Assembly: GCA_965649765.1 (NCBI GenBank)
Contig: OZ287759.1
Location: 36,022,001-36,086,000, forward strand
Direction of reading: 5' to 3'
Origin: Bispira polyomma
Lineage: Eukaryota
DNA length: 64,000 nt
In this document: positions 37,706 through 50,220 of the stretch, piece by piece
Layout: every line of letters begins with the position of its first letter
Numbering within the stretch: position 1 is the first letter of the stretch
Notes under the pieces: generated by a model
Seen by the model: only the letters and a program-made list of their open reading frames with translations
The model's database searches: none
What the model was told of the DNA's origin: nothing
Position numbers and translations under genes: made by a program

Positions 37706-39137
37706 CTCCCCCGGGAAATCATGTAGTTGTAAATCTTCTCATTCAGGTCCATCCCTGATCTGGAGAAGGGTTTCATGAGCCAGGTCTTCAGTGCAAAACC
37801 ATCATCTCTAAAGATAAAGTAGGGGATGGGGGCTTATGGGCTTATGGCTTCAGAAGGGGGAAATTGATGGACTGATCTTCTATCTTCTTCAGGGCGTATG
37901 GCTCCAGGAGGGGGAAGTTGATGGATTGATCTTCTATCTTCTTCTTTAGTTCTGACCTATTAAATATCTAGAAATCTGAGCTGGACCCACTAGATCCCAG
38001 GTAGAGCCACAGGAATCTGCCCATCAAGGCCAGCACCACTATGGAGCCCTTGTAGTTAACATATTCACAGACCCCTTCACTTGACATCGAATAGCAATAT
38101 GTTTCCTATCTATGGCCTCAATGGCATTTGGTACATTCAATGTGTTCCAGATGACAGACTCAACCTTCTTCCAGTCCTCAGGGCAGGACAGAAATTCTTC
38201 CTGGAACTCATCCATCATGGCCTGGCAAACATGTGGCATGAACCTGGTGATGCATGACCTACCCACTACAAAAGAGTACTGCAGTGATGTGTAGTTGCCA
38301 AATGCCCCAAAGTGATGGCTTTCGTGAGTCCAGGGGACAGTGGTTCCCTGAACTAGGTGATCTGTTTCTGTATTCTGTGCCCTACCCTCTCCATTTCCTG
38401 TAATAATTCAGGGGGGCATCCTCGTAAAATTCTTGTAAGACTGGAGATCTTGCACCTTCATGTGTGGCATAAGTGTTGTGTGGTGACCATATTCTTCCCT
38501 TTCCTGTAAGCCATGGCCTGACCCAGAATCTACGTCTTGCTTTTCCTCTTCTGTCCACCTTTCCTTGAACATCTGGATTATTTGCCTCTTAGACTCCTTA
38601 TTTTTCTTTTTCTTCTTCCTTTAATGCTATTACTTGAAGTTGCATGTATGCAACTAAACCTTGGATACCTCTTGCAATATATTTTAGCCTCTGTGGAACC
38701 ATCTCTTTTACTTAACAATAAAAACTGACTGGATACATGCTTCCAGCCCCTTTATGTATGTTCTGTGGGAAATCTAGAGGTTTCGAGGTTCGCCCGAGTG
38801 TTAATGACCAGGATTTGGTCGGTAACAGTCGCAAGGGGGCCAAGTTATCCTTGGGTACAAAGAATCGGTCAGCGTGTAGTTACGACTTATTGTTTGGGTC
38901 GTTACCGTCTGGAAGTACTTATCTTGGTCAGTCAGGGAGTTGGGTCGTAGATTGTTGGTTCTTGCGACTAATCTGGCTGATTTATCACAAGGCAAGTCTT
39001 GTGAGCGACTTATTTTTTCAGTCTTTAACCACTAAGAGTATAATCCGTGACGCACATTTTCACAGGCTTTTTGACATAGATCGGGGCACAATGGGGTAAA
39101 ATTCCCACAAATTACACCAATCAAATTACCGGGGCCT
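37706..39137 (-). mobile_element. PIF/Harbinger transposon relic (HARBI1-like DDE transposase pseudogene)
   Basis: [65 protein letters not shown]. Terminus GGCCCCGGT flanked by TTAA at 39128-39140. Confidence 0.88.
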
Positions 39138-39259
39138 TAAATGGGGGCATTACAAAACACATTATAAAAACACTAAAAATTGTGGCCTAGAACCATGTAA
39201 CGTGCGTTCAGTCAGTATTTTTTCAATTGGACCACTACAAAAAACAATGAGTAAAAGTG

Positions 39260-39291
<32 letters not shown>

Positions 39292-39462
39292 TATAAATAG
39301 CAGAGAATATATTGTCCAATCCCAGTTTACCTACACATTTATTTCCTTATACAACAGAACCTTATATGTACTAACTCCTATTTACATATTAGCGGTGTTT
39401 CTAGTCACGATGCTGACATATCTGGCATGAGATTGTTTTTCTGACTTACATAAGTGGGAGGC

Positions 39463-39726
39463 TTTTTTTATTTGAATTTGGATATTTAACGTCCACTCTA
39501 GTACCTGTTTAGGTTATATTGGGACGGGTAGTTGGAAACGCTGAAGGAAACACTGCATACAGTTGATCAAGGTTCTGCACTGAAACCAGCGGCCCACAGT
39601 AAGGAACTACCACCTTTCCCACATAGGCATTGATGGGAGTCGAACCCACGCCAGCCAATCCCAGAGGTGAGAGACCAGTGATTGTGAAGCACAATGCTTG
39701 CTAACCACTAGGCCACCGTGGCCCCC
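39463..39726 (-). mobile_element. tRNA-derived SINE, family A
   Basis: Full-length copy with TSD AGTGGGAGGC at 39453-39462 and 39732-39741. Confidence 0.93.
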
Positions 39727-40492
39727 TCGTGAGTGGGAGGCAGCCATTAAAGCAACCTGAACAATGGTGCATTCCCTCTATAGTCTCTCTTCTGTTCTCT
39801 GTTGACGTATTTATGACAACTTCCTTCTATTAATGATTAATGAGTTTTGGCCCTTTTTGCGGTTTTGCACCTTAGAATTCATCACAACAAAACAAATCGC
39901 TAAAACAGTCTGATAATTAGTACATAAGGTAGGGATAATACTTGCGCCAACTAGTTTTGCAGTTTGTGTGTGCTATACTCATAAAAATCACTCAATATGC
40001 AAGAATATACACTTATTACTCCTATAAATGATATGTCATTTCATTTGATTTATTTCGGTCAGCTTTAAGAAACACTAAAAAGTGCAAACATCAATACTTT
40101 TCGAAGGAAAATTCCACCCCCTCCAATATCTGTGTGCGGGCTGCAGAACAGACACGCATGCCTCGATGTAATAAAGCTGAAGACAAGCTTCTTTGCACAC
40201 AGATATCCAACCATACATAACCTGTACATGGCCCCATTTTTTACTTTTTAATTAATTTTTTTTTTTTCAGTTTCAAGAAGCTCTGCACCGGAGAGGTACA
40301 CTTCTATTTTCACAAGGAAGTTCCACATATACAGTGAAGTGGGAATTCCCTTTTGTGATTTGTCGGCCTATTAATTTTCAGGAAGCCTTTTAAAAAAATT
40401 TATTATCATGTTATGCTGTGGGCATAGAGAAAATAAAACATATTTTGTTGTCTGTGTTAGTTGAGAAAAAACGCATGAAAATGGGAGCTTTT

Positions 40493-43485
40493 CTATGGAA
40501 GCTCTGAGCAGCCATTTCTTTTTTGCATGATTATGCCATGGTTAGACTCTGTCAACAGTGTAATTTCTAAATCTGTAGGGAGTTGTACTTTTATATTTGG
40601 TGTATATACACTCTCTGGTCTCTAGTTGGCCCAAAATTAATTTGTCTTGATTATATGGGGTATAGTAGAAGTTTTTTAAATTTTATATATTGGAATCGTC
40701 CGATTTGATTAAAGGGTCCAATGCCGCCCATTACCGGTTATTCGGTTTCATCACCATTTTACGTCTTCAGACCAGCTGGTTCATTGACAAATTGTTTTTG
40801 TGAATAAAATTAGAGTATGAAATAAGGACACAAGATCTTCTGAACATGCGCAGTGGCTCGATCGATATCCTCTTGCTAATTTATTCTCAAAAAGATGCAA
40901 AATTGACCCCAAAAGTCAAGACATTGAATATTGTATACTTTGTTCTAGCTTGCCATAACACACGCCTTAAAATGAATCGAGGCAGACACAACAAATACAG
41001 GATTTGCGAAACCAAGTCTTGTATTTCATTTACAAGTCAACAACTTTTCTTTGAAAATAGAAGATTAAAACTAAAATGATGATAAATGGATTCCAAAATT
41101 GAAAAAATATGTTAACTTAATAGTCCCAAATGGTTTCGTTTATTTTGAATTTCTTCTTTACAGGTTTTGATGTAGATATATTTTGTACATCGTTCTAACA
41201 CACCATAACGCACACCTTCAAACGAAATCGTCTAAGCTATCGTCGCTGCACATAATGAAACATTGATGAATTGGTGTCACAAAAATATCTTGGTATATGG
41301 TGATAGTTTTCTTAATTTTTACTTCATTGAATGGCTCTATCTTCATCAAAATTTAACCAAATTTTTTTTTGTTTTTATATCACCAAATACCTATTATTTT
41401 GTGCTTTTACAAATCCAATGAATATTAGTTGAGCTTTGTGAAGAAATCGTAAAAATCTTAAAAGTTCGGAGATAAATGGGCATTGATCTAAATTATGATT
41501 TCTCTGTAATTATTTTAGCTAAAATTTTAAGATTTATATAAAAAAATGTAGCTTGTCATGAATGAACAATTAATAGGCTGTCACTCGAACCACGATGCCG
41601 TGGTTATAAAATTTACTTTCAATTCACAATGTCGTGAATTTAAACAGTAACATCGAGTCAAGGCACCGCAAATATCAAAATAATATTTGAATCTCTATAA
41701 CTACGACTTTACTCGAAAACGTAGCGAGTCTTAGATAAAGTGTACTTCAAACAATTGATCATATCTATATAGTTGAATAAAAAAAACAAATAAAAGAAAA
41801 TACCCTTTATTTGTTTAATATTTAATTTTAATGAAAAAAGAGAGCCGTGAGCGATAATAGAAGTTATTGTAGACCTTTTTTTCTGTCCTCGACAATGCTT
41901 TGATTTTTACTGATGGTTGACTATTTTCGACTTTTTTTATCAGATTTTCACCTATGTGTTGTACACGCATTCAGATAGCAAACTCTGGTACATTTTTATC
42001 GCATTTTTTCACCCACTAAAGACGGTATTCATTTGACTACTACTATAGTAACTAGTTCATTATTTTCAGACTTGTCAGTAACTTGTTTCATAGTGGCATC
42101 ATCATGACATGGCCATCGGGCCATTCTCCTCTGGTTTATATTACCTATCTAAAAGTTAGTAACTAAAAAAAAATAACTAAAAAACAAAAATAAATAACTA
42201 AAAAATTAAAGATAAAAACTTACTAACTAGAATCTACAAGTTATTAAGTGGTATCTACAACTTAAAAACCGGTATCTACATGTTAGTAACTGTTATCTAC
42301 AATTTAGTAACTATAACAACAAAAACTTTTTTATTATTTTTTTGTTGTTACTAACTTGTAGATACCAGGTTCTAACTAGCGAATGCTATGGCATAATCCT
42401 TTTATCTGTCCATCTTTGTTCTCTGTCCTCTGGCCTGTGCCTTGTAGCTTCAATAGAGAAGACTCCATATTGAATTTATATTTTCACCAGTGAACTCAAC
42501 ATTAGACGTTACAAACCCACTACCTCCCCCTTAACAACAACAACTAGTAGTGGACTTGTCACGAGTCTTAGGGGCTATTATATTACTAATTTTACCTGGT
42601 CATGCATCGCGACACTGGGACGACCGCTTGAGCTGCCGGCTGTGTGGAGGCGGAATCCTGTCTACTTATTCCCTCCCCATATCTCACCATTTGGGGAGAG
42701 GAGGGGGCAGGGTGGAATAGGGGACCTGAGAGGCAGGATTTACCTCCACTAGACTGGGTTAGGTGTCCAAGGCCGGGGGTTCCAGAAGTGGCTGAGGTTT
42801 CACCATGCTGGAACATTATACGTTTCAACTCCGGATGTAATCCATGTTTTTGAAAATCTGACAAAGTTAATGTAATGCTATTTAGCGGTTCTGTATGAAG
42901 AATTTGTCTAGCAAGCGTCACTTGAGGGTGCTTTATATTCATAAATGCAGCATTGTCTGCTTAGATACAATGATTCTTTCCAAGGGATCAAGTTAGGAAG
43001 GTTTAGACCCAGTAGGGTCAACTTCACGTTAGTGGTTCAATAAGGAATTATGTAAAGTGAATGTATTTCGACTAGCAAACAAACCTTCTATTGGGAGATT
43101 GGTGGGAGAGTTTTGGATGACTATATGATTTATACTATGTTTTATTAGGTACAGGATGAGTCTTGTCATTTATTTTGGGTAATGGTAAGCCGTTTATTGT
43201 TGTTATGTGTATCCTGTGTGGGATATCATATTCAATTTTAACTTTCCTTATTGTCAACCTGTTTAGTTACTAAGTTGTAGACACAAGTTAGTAACTTGTA
43301 GTTACCGTTACTAAGTTGTAGATACCATTTCTTGAGTTGTAGATTACACTTAATAACTTGTAGATGCCACTTACTGACTTTTTCCAGTTACTGACTTCTT
43401 TTAAAAACATTAATTTTTAGTTACTTACTTGTAGATACCAGTTAATATATATAAAAAAAGAAATGGCAGCTCAGAGCTTCCGTAG
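40493..43485. mobile_element. unclassified TIR element or pair of MITE ends, ~3 kb
   Basis: CTATGGAAGCTCTGAGCAGCCATTTCTTTTT and AAAAAGAAATGGCAGCTCAGAGCTTCCGTAG. ACTTGTAGATACC subterminal repeats at 42150-42380 and 43260-43445. Confidence 0.55.
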
Positions 43486-43868
43486 CTTTCCACACAAGCT
43501 TAATTTGTAAGCTTAATCGGTTTTAAAACGGGTGATCTTATCACTCAGGTTCAGTTGTAAATTGTTGCATACTGCCAGACGTACAAGTAATAATCATGGA
43601 TATAATTTTTTTCCTCTAATTTTTCCCTAATGTTTTATTTGAGTGGATATTTTTTCCATTATGTGTATGTTTATCCATTTGACATCGGCATACTTTGATC
43701 ATCATGGGGCTGACTACATATATTTGAGCCTTAAAATATATACAGCCTGAGAAAGGACCTTCATTCAACAAATGGAAAATTGTGAACACATCAAATATTG
43801 GCATATGAATAATACACATTATGTCTGCACAGTGCATTAAATAAATAAGTCTTCTGTACCCATAATGC

Positions 43869-44272
43869 TGCCATCACACTGTCGCCACATTTACACCAGT
43901 TTACTCTCAATCATTGGAACTTGGCTGGTTGGGAGAGAATGGTAGGAAAATGTTTATGCCTAAGATATGCCCAGTTTTGACCAGATCTCACCCATTTATG
44001 ACGAGTTTATGCCCAGACCAGATCTAAGCAGCTCATCACAAGTTGTTCTGAGCAGTTTAAGTCCAGTTTATGCCCCGACCACACCCCTTGTCTTCAGTTC
44101 TCTTAAGTTCTGCTTTCACCACCCACGGAAGTTTTAAACATGTTAAAAATTACCTGTGCTGCCTCCAGTTCTTGTCACAAGTTTATGCCCAAACGTTGAA
44201 TGTTTGTCCCAGACCACACAGGTTCTCTGAACGGGGTCGAATGGGTTCCGAGAATGTGATGGTGTGAAGGCC
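43869..44272. mobile_element. Harbinger-like MITE
   Basis: GCCATCACAC.. and ..GTGTGAAGGC termini, with internal CCAG(A/T) repeats. Confidence 0.45.
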
Positions 44273-44939
44273 AAATTATGATCTAGAGACGATCATTTTT
44301 TTTGCGATAATAGTTGAACTGGCATTCTGTTTGATCTCAAAAGCTGACATTCATGATAAATGACACATTAAAGAACTGACAGGACAATAAAACAAGAAAT
44401 GTTTTCAGAAATGTGTGGCTAAAATAAAACTTTCTCGCTTTTGTACCCACTATTTCTGATAATGACCAGAGAAATTCATTTTGTTCTAAATCTATTTATA
44501 ACTGGGACTAAGCTGCACAAGCAAATTATAGTGAAAACTACAACAAAGTATGCTGAAAATAAAAATAACAATATATAGCATGCATACATAAAACACAGAT
44601 TCTCATGATGTAATAATATTGTGGTTTGTAATATTGTCACAAAAAAGGGACTATAATTGCTTGAATATAGATAAAAATTTAATTTCAAATGTAGCACTTA
44701 AAGTAGGCTAATAATTTGATAACATTTGACACAGCCATATCAGTTAGCTATTTTCACCTTTAGATTTTTTATTTACACTAGATTAAAGTAATACTTTTGT
44801 AAGACCTTAGAACAAGGCTACATTTAATTCAATATCACTCTTGCTGTGTCAAATTATTTAACTTTTTAAGTGGATATTCAACTTTAAGTATTATTGTTTT
44901 TATATTCACTACTACTAATTTTTTATAAATCTCCAGGCT

Positions 44940-45970
44940 TACCTGAAAACGGTTGAGTCTGCATCCACTAGTAAAGATATTTTTTTCTGGGCCATCTAGC
45001 CTCTATGTGAAAGCTTATCTACCTTCTACCTCCTGTGGTGTAAAGTGTTATCTTTCATGGGTTGCATGGCCAGATTCTCTAATTACTTATTCAGTAATCA
45101 GTTCCTTTCTCCCAGTTACACTTTTTGAAGCAGGAACAGGAAATTGAAAATCTAGTTCTATCAGGTCCTACCAAAAAATATCAGCTTGAAAAGGGAAATA
45201 CTCAACCCAGAGGAGTTGAAAAACTGTCGTACCATTTTAAATCTATCATTTGCATCAAAAAGTAGTTTCTGTTGGATTCAATGAATACAAGCATTCATAT
45301 AACCTATGGGAAACATCACAATCTCCATATCACCGATATTATAGTACAGAGACAGCTACTTTAAAAAGAAAAATGATCTTATGATGGCTGCTGACAGAGG
45401 TGAATGTGGTATTCTTGTCGTGTTGGACATGTCAGCAGCTGTTGATACTGTGAATCACAAAATATTTGTATAGAGGCTGCATGATCAATTTCGCATACAA
45501 GATCTAGCACTACAATTGATAGAATCCTGTCTAGACAACAGATTGCAGCAAGTGCTAGTGGAAAAAATATGCTTTCAAAAGAAGCCATTGTAAAATTGGA
45601 TAGACAAGGGTCTAGTCTGGTACCAGGTGAATATTGACATGCCCAGAGTCGGTTGTCCCTAGCTCACATTCAGTGGTACCTCAATGATAACACGACGGAT
45701 GCTATAGTATTTGGAACTAAAGCGCAACTTAACAAATGCAGCATCACCTCAATTTCAAGCAGGAAACTCATACATTGTGATTAAATCCCTTGTGAAAAAA
45801 CATTGGTGTTTAGCCAGACCCGCAACTAAGTATCCAGCATCATATTAATCACATCATCTGCAGCTTTGAGTTATCTAAAAAAGCCTGACAAAATCAGAAG
45901 ATATCTGAGCAAGAGCATGCATAGTCTATGCTTTTGTAATCTGTAGCATAGATTTCTACAGTTGCCTGTA
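44940..45970 (+). mobile_element. old L2/CR1 LINE RT fragment
   Basis: STETA, ILVVLDMSAAVDTVNH and VKNIGV relics with many stops. Confidence 0.7.
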
Positions 45971-46599
45971 CAAAGAAACTATTGTACATATTCTTTCTGT
46001 TTTATTAGTCTCTGCCAAAGCACTAGTGAACAGACATAGTTCTATGATATTAGTACTTTTTAAATTTAGCTACTATTATTTATTCTTCAAAAAAGTAAGG
46101 CAGTTCCTTGGGCGGATATTCTGACATCCTGCTGCAACAGATCTGGAAAAAAAATGACACAGGTTGGGCAAAAAAAGAGTCACACTGTACAGACATTATT
46201 TTCATCTTCACAACAAACGTACCTCTCCGACACAAGGACCAGGCTCAGAAACTTCCGTCTGCAACTGATTGCATTATGTCCTAATAATATCCTCCATAGA
46301 GCTGAGGATTAGATATATCAAGTTAAAAATTCTGGTGCCAGGGGCTCTTCAGTTTGCACCAGTTATAAATATTATAGGCAACAACAACAGCAAAAACAAA
46401 GCCAAAGATGTACTCCATACAAGAGGCACTGCAACCAAAGTTCCCACTAGTATGGTTTACGACATGTGGTGCAACCTCTGGCTGAGCCCATTGGAGTCTC
46501 AACAGTGTTACAAGGGCATGCAGGCCACAAATGAATTTTAGACTGTTCTAAATGTTCAAATCCTAGTGTAGAGTAGTCCCAGTGCCCTCCAGTCTTCAA

Positions 46600-47300
46600 C
46601 TTACTATAGCGATGCCGGTGACACCATTACCAAATTGATTGTTCCCTGGTTTGATACCCCAGTACCGGCAGCCAGGAAGAGAAATACCTTGACTGTCTCC
46701 TGGCAGTACCCGAATCTTTATTTGCCTCCCCCAACCTTCTGGGGGTAATACAAAATTTTGCTCCATCCACATAACTGTAAGTTGGCCAGGAATAACCTGA
46801 GTTTTAGATCCAAAATTACTCTCTAATAAGATTCCAATGGCGATATATCTGTTTTCGTAATTTTTGCCATACACAGATTGCATAATCAAGGTTAGGGTTT
46901 TCCTAATAGCAGCAAACAGAAGTAAAAGGTATTTAATTTTGTATGGGTTTTTCGTATATATAAATATGTCCATCCATAAAATGCTGCAAGTGTATATTTA
47001 CCTGGACCAAAATTTCAAAGGTTGATTTTGATAACGGTTTTGCTTCTGATGGACAGCTCCAACCTTACATTTCTTCTGTGACAGATTAAATATACTTGTC
47101 TAATGATGCATCCCCTCCATAGCAGTCTCCAGGACATTTGGTTGATATTAATAAGTTGATGTTTTTTCATTCATGAATTGACGATCTTTCAACTGTGATT
47201 AACGCTTGAGCTAATGCCTTAATATTTGATATAATCAAAGAGAAGTGCCAAAAGTTTGTTAATTATATCAATAATATGATTTGATTGGAAACAAATGACA
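46600..47300 (-). mobile_element. possible highly decayed LINE RT fragment
   Basis: Weak similarity to the YADD..EN..LQ.LL and Y.YLGI motifs (RYIAIGILLES). Confidence 0.3.
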
Positions 47301-48290
47301 CATTTGTTAACCATGTTAAAACACTCCTATACTGTGCCCCTACAAATACAATGTTTCTTTACAAGCCAGAAAGTTTTTCAAAGCCAGTACCTCTGAAAAT
47401 AACACTAATTAATTGCCATCGCAAAAGGGTAACAGACAAACTACAGATTAAGTAGACTCATCCACCATTTAAGTATTTTACCACATTTGGTTATATTCAC
47501 TCACCATTAAAGCAAACTCGGAGTGGTAAGGTGATGTACACTTGTTATCTGCTAGAAATGACTCAAAGACCTATATCCGTATTCTCGAAAAAAAACAACT
47601 CAAGCTTAAACTAAATTGTGCGTTTTTGCTCACTTGCTATGGTAAAACACTCAGAATTTTACACAACAAAAAATATCCTGTTTACTTTTGGATGGAAAGA
47701 AAAAATTGTGTTAAATTTATTTATTAATTTATTTTTTTTTGGAATGACATACTTGCAAAGCTCTTTACATGGAGATCTTGTTTCTATTGAAATGGCCAAA
47801 ACAATCCTCAGCTGCAATATACACCAATATCCCAAGCTAAAGTATACCTTCTTCGTGTCATCACCAAGTGAGACCATAATTTGTCCTTAAATGAACTGAA
47901 TTAATTTCAGAATAATACTAAAAGAGGCTTTTGGCGTAGTCATTTGACATGGTAAGGTAATAGATTGGTTGTTTAGGTCAAACAATACCATTTTATCAAA
48001 AAAAAAAAAATGGAATGTTGGCCAGTATGCCTTCAGTGAAAGGATTTATTATGTCATCTATATATATAGAGTATTTCTGCTTCCAGATTAATTGTGATCG
48101 ATTATACAAAAAATATATATCATATATGTCAATATATATCACGAGTCTTTCTATTAATAGTTAATATAATCTTCAAATCATATTTCTTCTAATTTACTTC
48201 CTTCAGAGTTAGTTGTCCCATTACTGACAGTGTATATAAATGTAAGATCGACCCTACACACACACATTATGTTGGACTCTGACATAAGAC

Positions 48291-48774
48291 ATGAGCAATA
48301 AAAGGGACTTATTTGTGAGACCAAATGTTTATGCCTCAGACATTGGGGTTCCTAGTGACAGCAGTTACAGCACAATTAATGACAGAAGTGAGCAAAATAC
48401 TGCACAGTATGCTGAGCAGGTATCTAACAAACCAGGTATACAGCATGTCTACCAGCCTTTACAAAACAGGGCAGGTGAGAAACATAGCCAAAAACCAAGA
48501 TGTCCAAGTGCAAAATCAATCTCCAGGCTATCAATGAACTTCAGTGGGGATTCAGAGGTACCAGATAGCCGTCATGATTTAGGGAGCAGTCTTACTAGTG
48601 TCTTGAAGCAGGCCCGAAAAATAGATTATGAACCAGGTGGTGTTTATGCTGAAATACCTGTTGATAGCAAGAATGGCTCACGAAGGAAGTGCTGCATTAT
48701 AACAATCTGCACTGTTATCATTATTGCTGTGATTTTAGCTGTCTCAGTTGCTACCCCTGTTGTTCTTCTGACGG
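48291..48774 (+). CDS. first coding exon of a type II single-pass membrane protein with Tyr-motif cytoplasmic tail (extracellular part not seen)
   Basis: Acceptor CTTCCTTCAG| at 48206, ATG at 48291. About 133 aa hydrophilic tail, then RRK, CC and a hydrophobic helix IITICTVIIIAVILAVSVATPVVLL. Donor G|GTAAAA at 48774/48775, phase 1. Confidence 0.7.
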
Positions 48775-48995
48775 GTAAAAAAAGTTTATATTTAACTGTA
48801 ATAATTTTCTAAAACCATGCAGATACAAGTGTACATGGCATATATTGAATCCAGAGTATTAAATGTTGAATAGTACTGTGGAATAACATTATCAGTATTT
48901 TTTTTATATTCCTGCAGGATAGAGGAGGTCACTTTGTTATAATTGTCTAACCGCCCTATGATCTTAATTGTTTTTGTAAAAACACCACAGTGATA

Positions 48996-49249
48996 TTTTT
49001 TGAATTTGGATATTTAACGTCCACTCTAGTACCTTTTAGTAGGTTATATTGGGACGGGTAGTTGGAAACGCTGGAGGAAACACTGCATACAGTCGGTCAA
49101 GGTTCTGCAGAGAAACCAGCGGCCCACAGTAAGGAACTACCACCTTTCCCACATAGGCACCGACGGGATTCGAACTCACGCCGCCCAGAGGTGAGAGACC
49201 AGTGATTGTGAAGCGCAATGCTTGCTAACCACTAGGCCACCGCGGCCCC
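48996..49249 (-). mobile_element. tRNA-derived SINE, family A
   Basis: Full-length copy with A box TGGCCTAGTGG and B box GTTCGAATCC. Confidence 0.93.
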
Positions 49250-49373
49250 GAGATTTTATTGCCGACATCAACATTAACTTAAGTTGGAAACACCAAATGG
49301 TTTAAGTACTTGTACTTCTTTAGTGGGAAGTGTATTTCTAAGTTGAGGTTGACATAGACTTTGTAGTTTTTCA

Positions 49374-49630
49374 GGGGGCCGCGGTGGCCTAGTGGTTAGC
49401 AAGCATTGCACTTCACAATCACTGGTCTCCCACCTCTTGACGACGTGAGTTCGAATCCTGTCGATGTCTATGTGGGAAAGGTGGTAGTTCCTTACTGTGG
49501 GCCGCTAGTTTCAGTGCAGAACCTTCATCAACTGTATGCAGTGTTTCCTCCAGCATTTCCAACTACCCATCCCAATATAACCTAAACAGGTACTAGAGTG
49601 GACGTTAAATATCCAAATTAAAAAAAAAAA
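49374..49630 (+). mobile_element. tRNA-derived SINE, family A
   Basis: Full-length copy with poly(A) and TSD TTGTAGTTTT at 49361-49370 and 49634-49643. Confidence 0.93.
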
Positions 49631-49987
49631 TTCTTGTAGTTTTACAACATGAAAAACGATTCTGTTGTTAAAATACCTTCAGTCACCCAGTTTAGGACTG
49701 GCCTGTATAGATGGCCTTTATAATATACTACTGAATTTTTCCCCGGTGTGTTAATGTGTGCACTATAAATATGACACAAACTTGTACACAGTCAGTGCTG
49801 TGGTGTATAATATACTAGTTGTTTTTATACACATAATTAACTATCTTCAAAATATTTTTCTATTTCCTAATTAATTGAACAGAAGACCATGTTTAGCAAT
49901 CAGTGTAAAAAAACTGTCTAATAAAATATAGTTTATGATAAATATCCTCCCAAACCTTCAATTATTGGGAGGATATTTCTTTTCTCT

Positions 49988-50024
49988 AGGTACTAGAGTG
50001 GACGTTAAATATCCAAAATTCAAA
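49988..50024 (+). mobile_element. 3' fragment of SINE family A
   Basis: AGGTACTAGAGTGGACGTTAAATATCCAAAATTCAAA. Confidence 0.85.
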
Positions 50025-50220
50025 TTCTGTGGCAATAAAATCCTCTCTATCTACTTTCATGTCTGTCAAGGCCAATGTTGACTTGATCTGTGGTTCTTAC
50101 ATTCTCATAATAATAAAGTTCTATAAATAAAACATCCTCATGGTCTTCTCCTTCAGAAAATGAGGCCATTTAAAGTTTTTGAACTGCTTGTCATTTTCAG
50201 TAGTAGTAGTCTTAATACTA

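Noticed and set aside
39509-49218. Near-identical small ORFs (M.FTITGLSPL..) suggesting a peptide gene family
   Set aside because: They are translations of SINE family A copies.
49374-49470. tRNA genes
   Set aside because: The A and B boxes belong to SINE heads that have a shared body, tail and TSDs. No complete cloverleaf is present.
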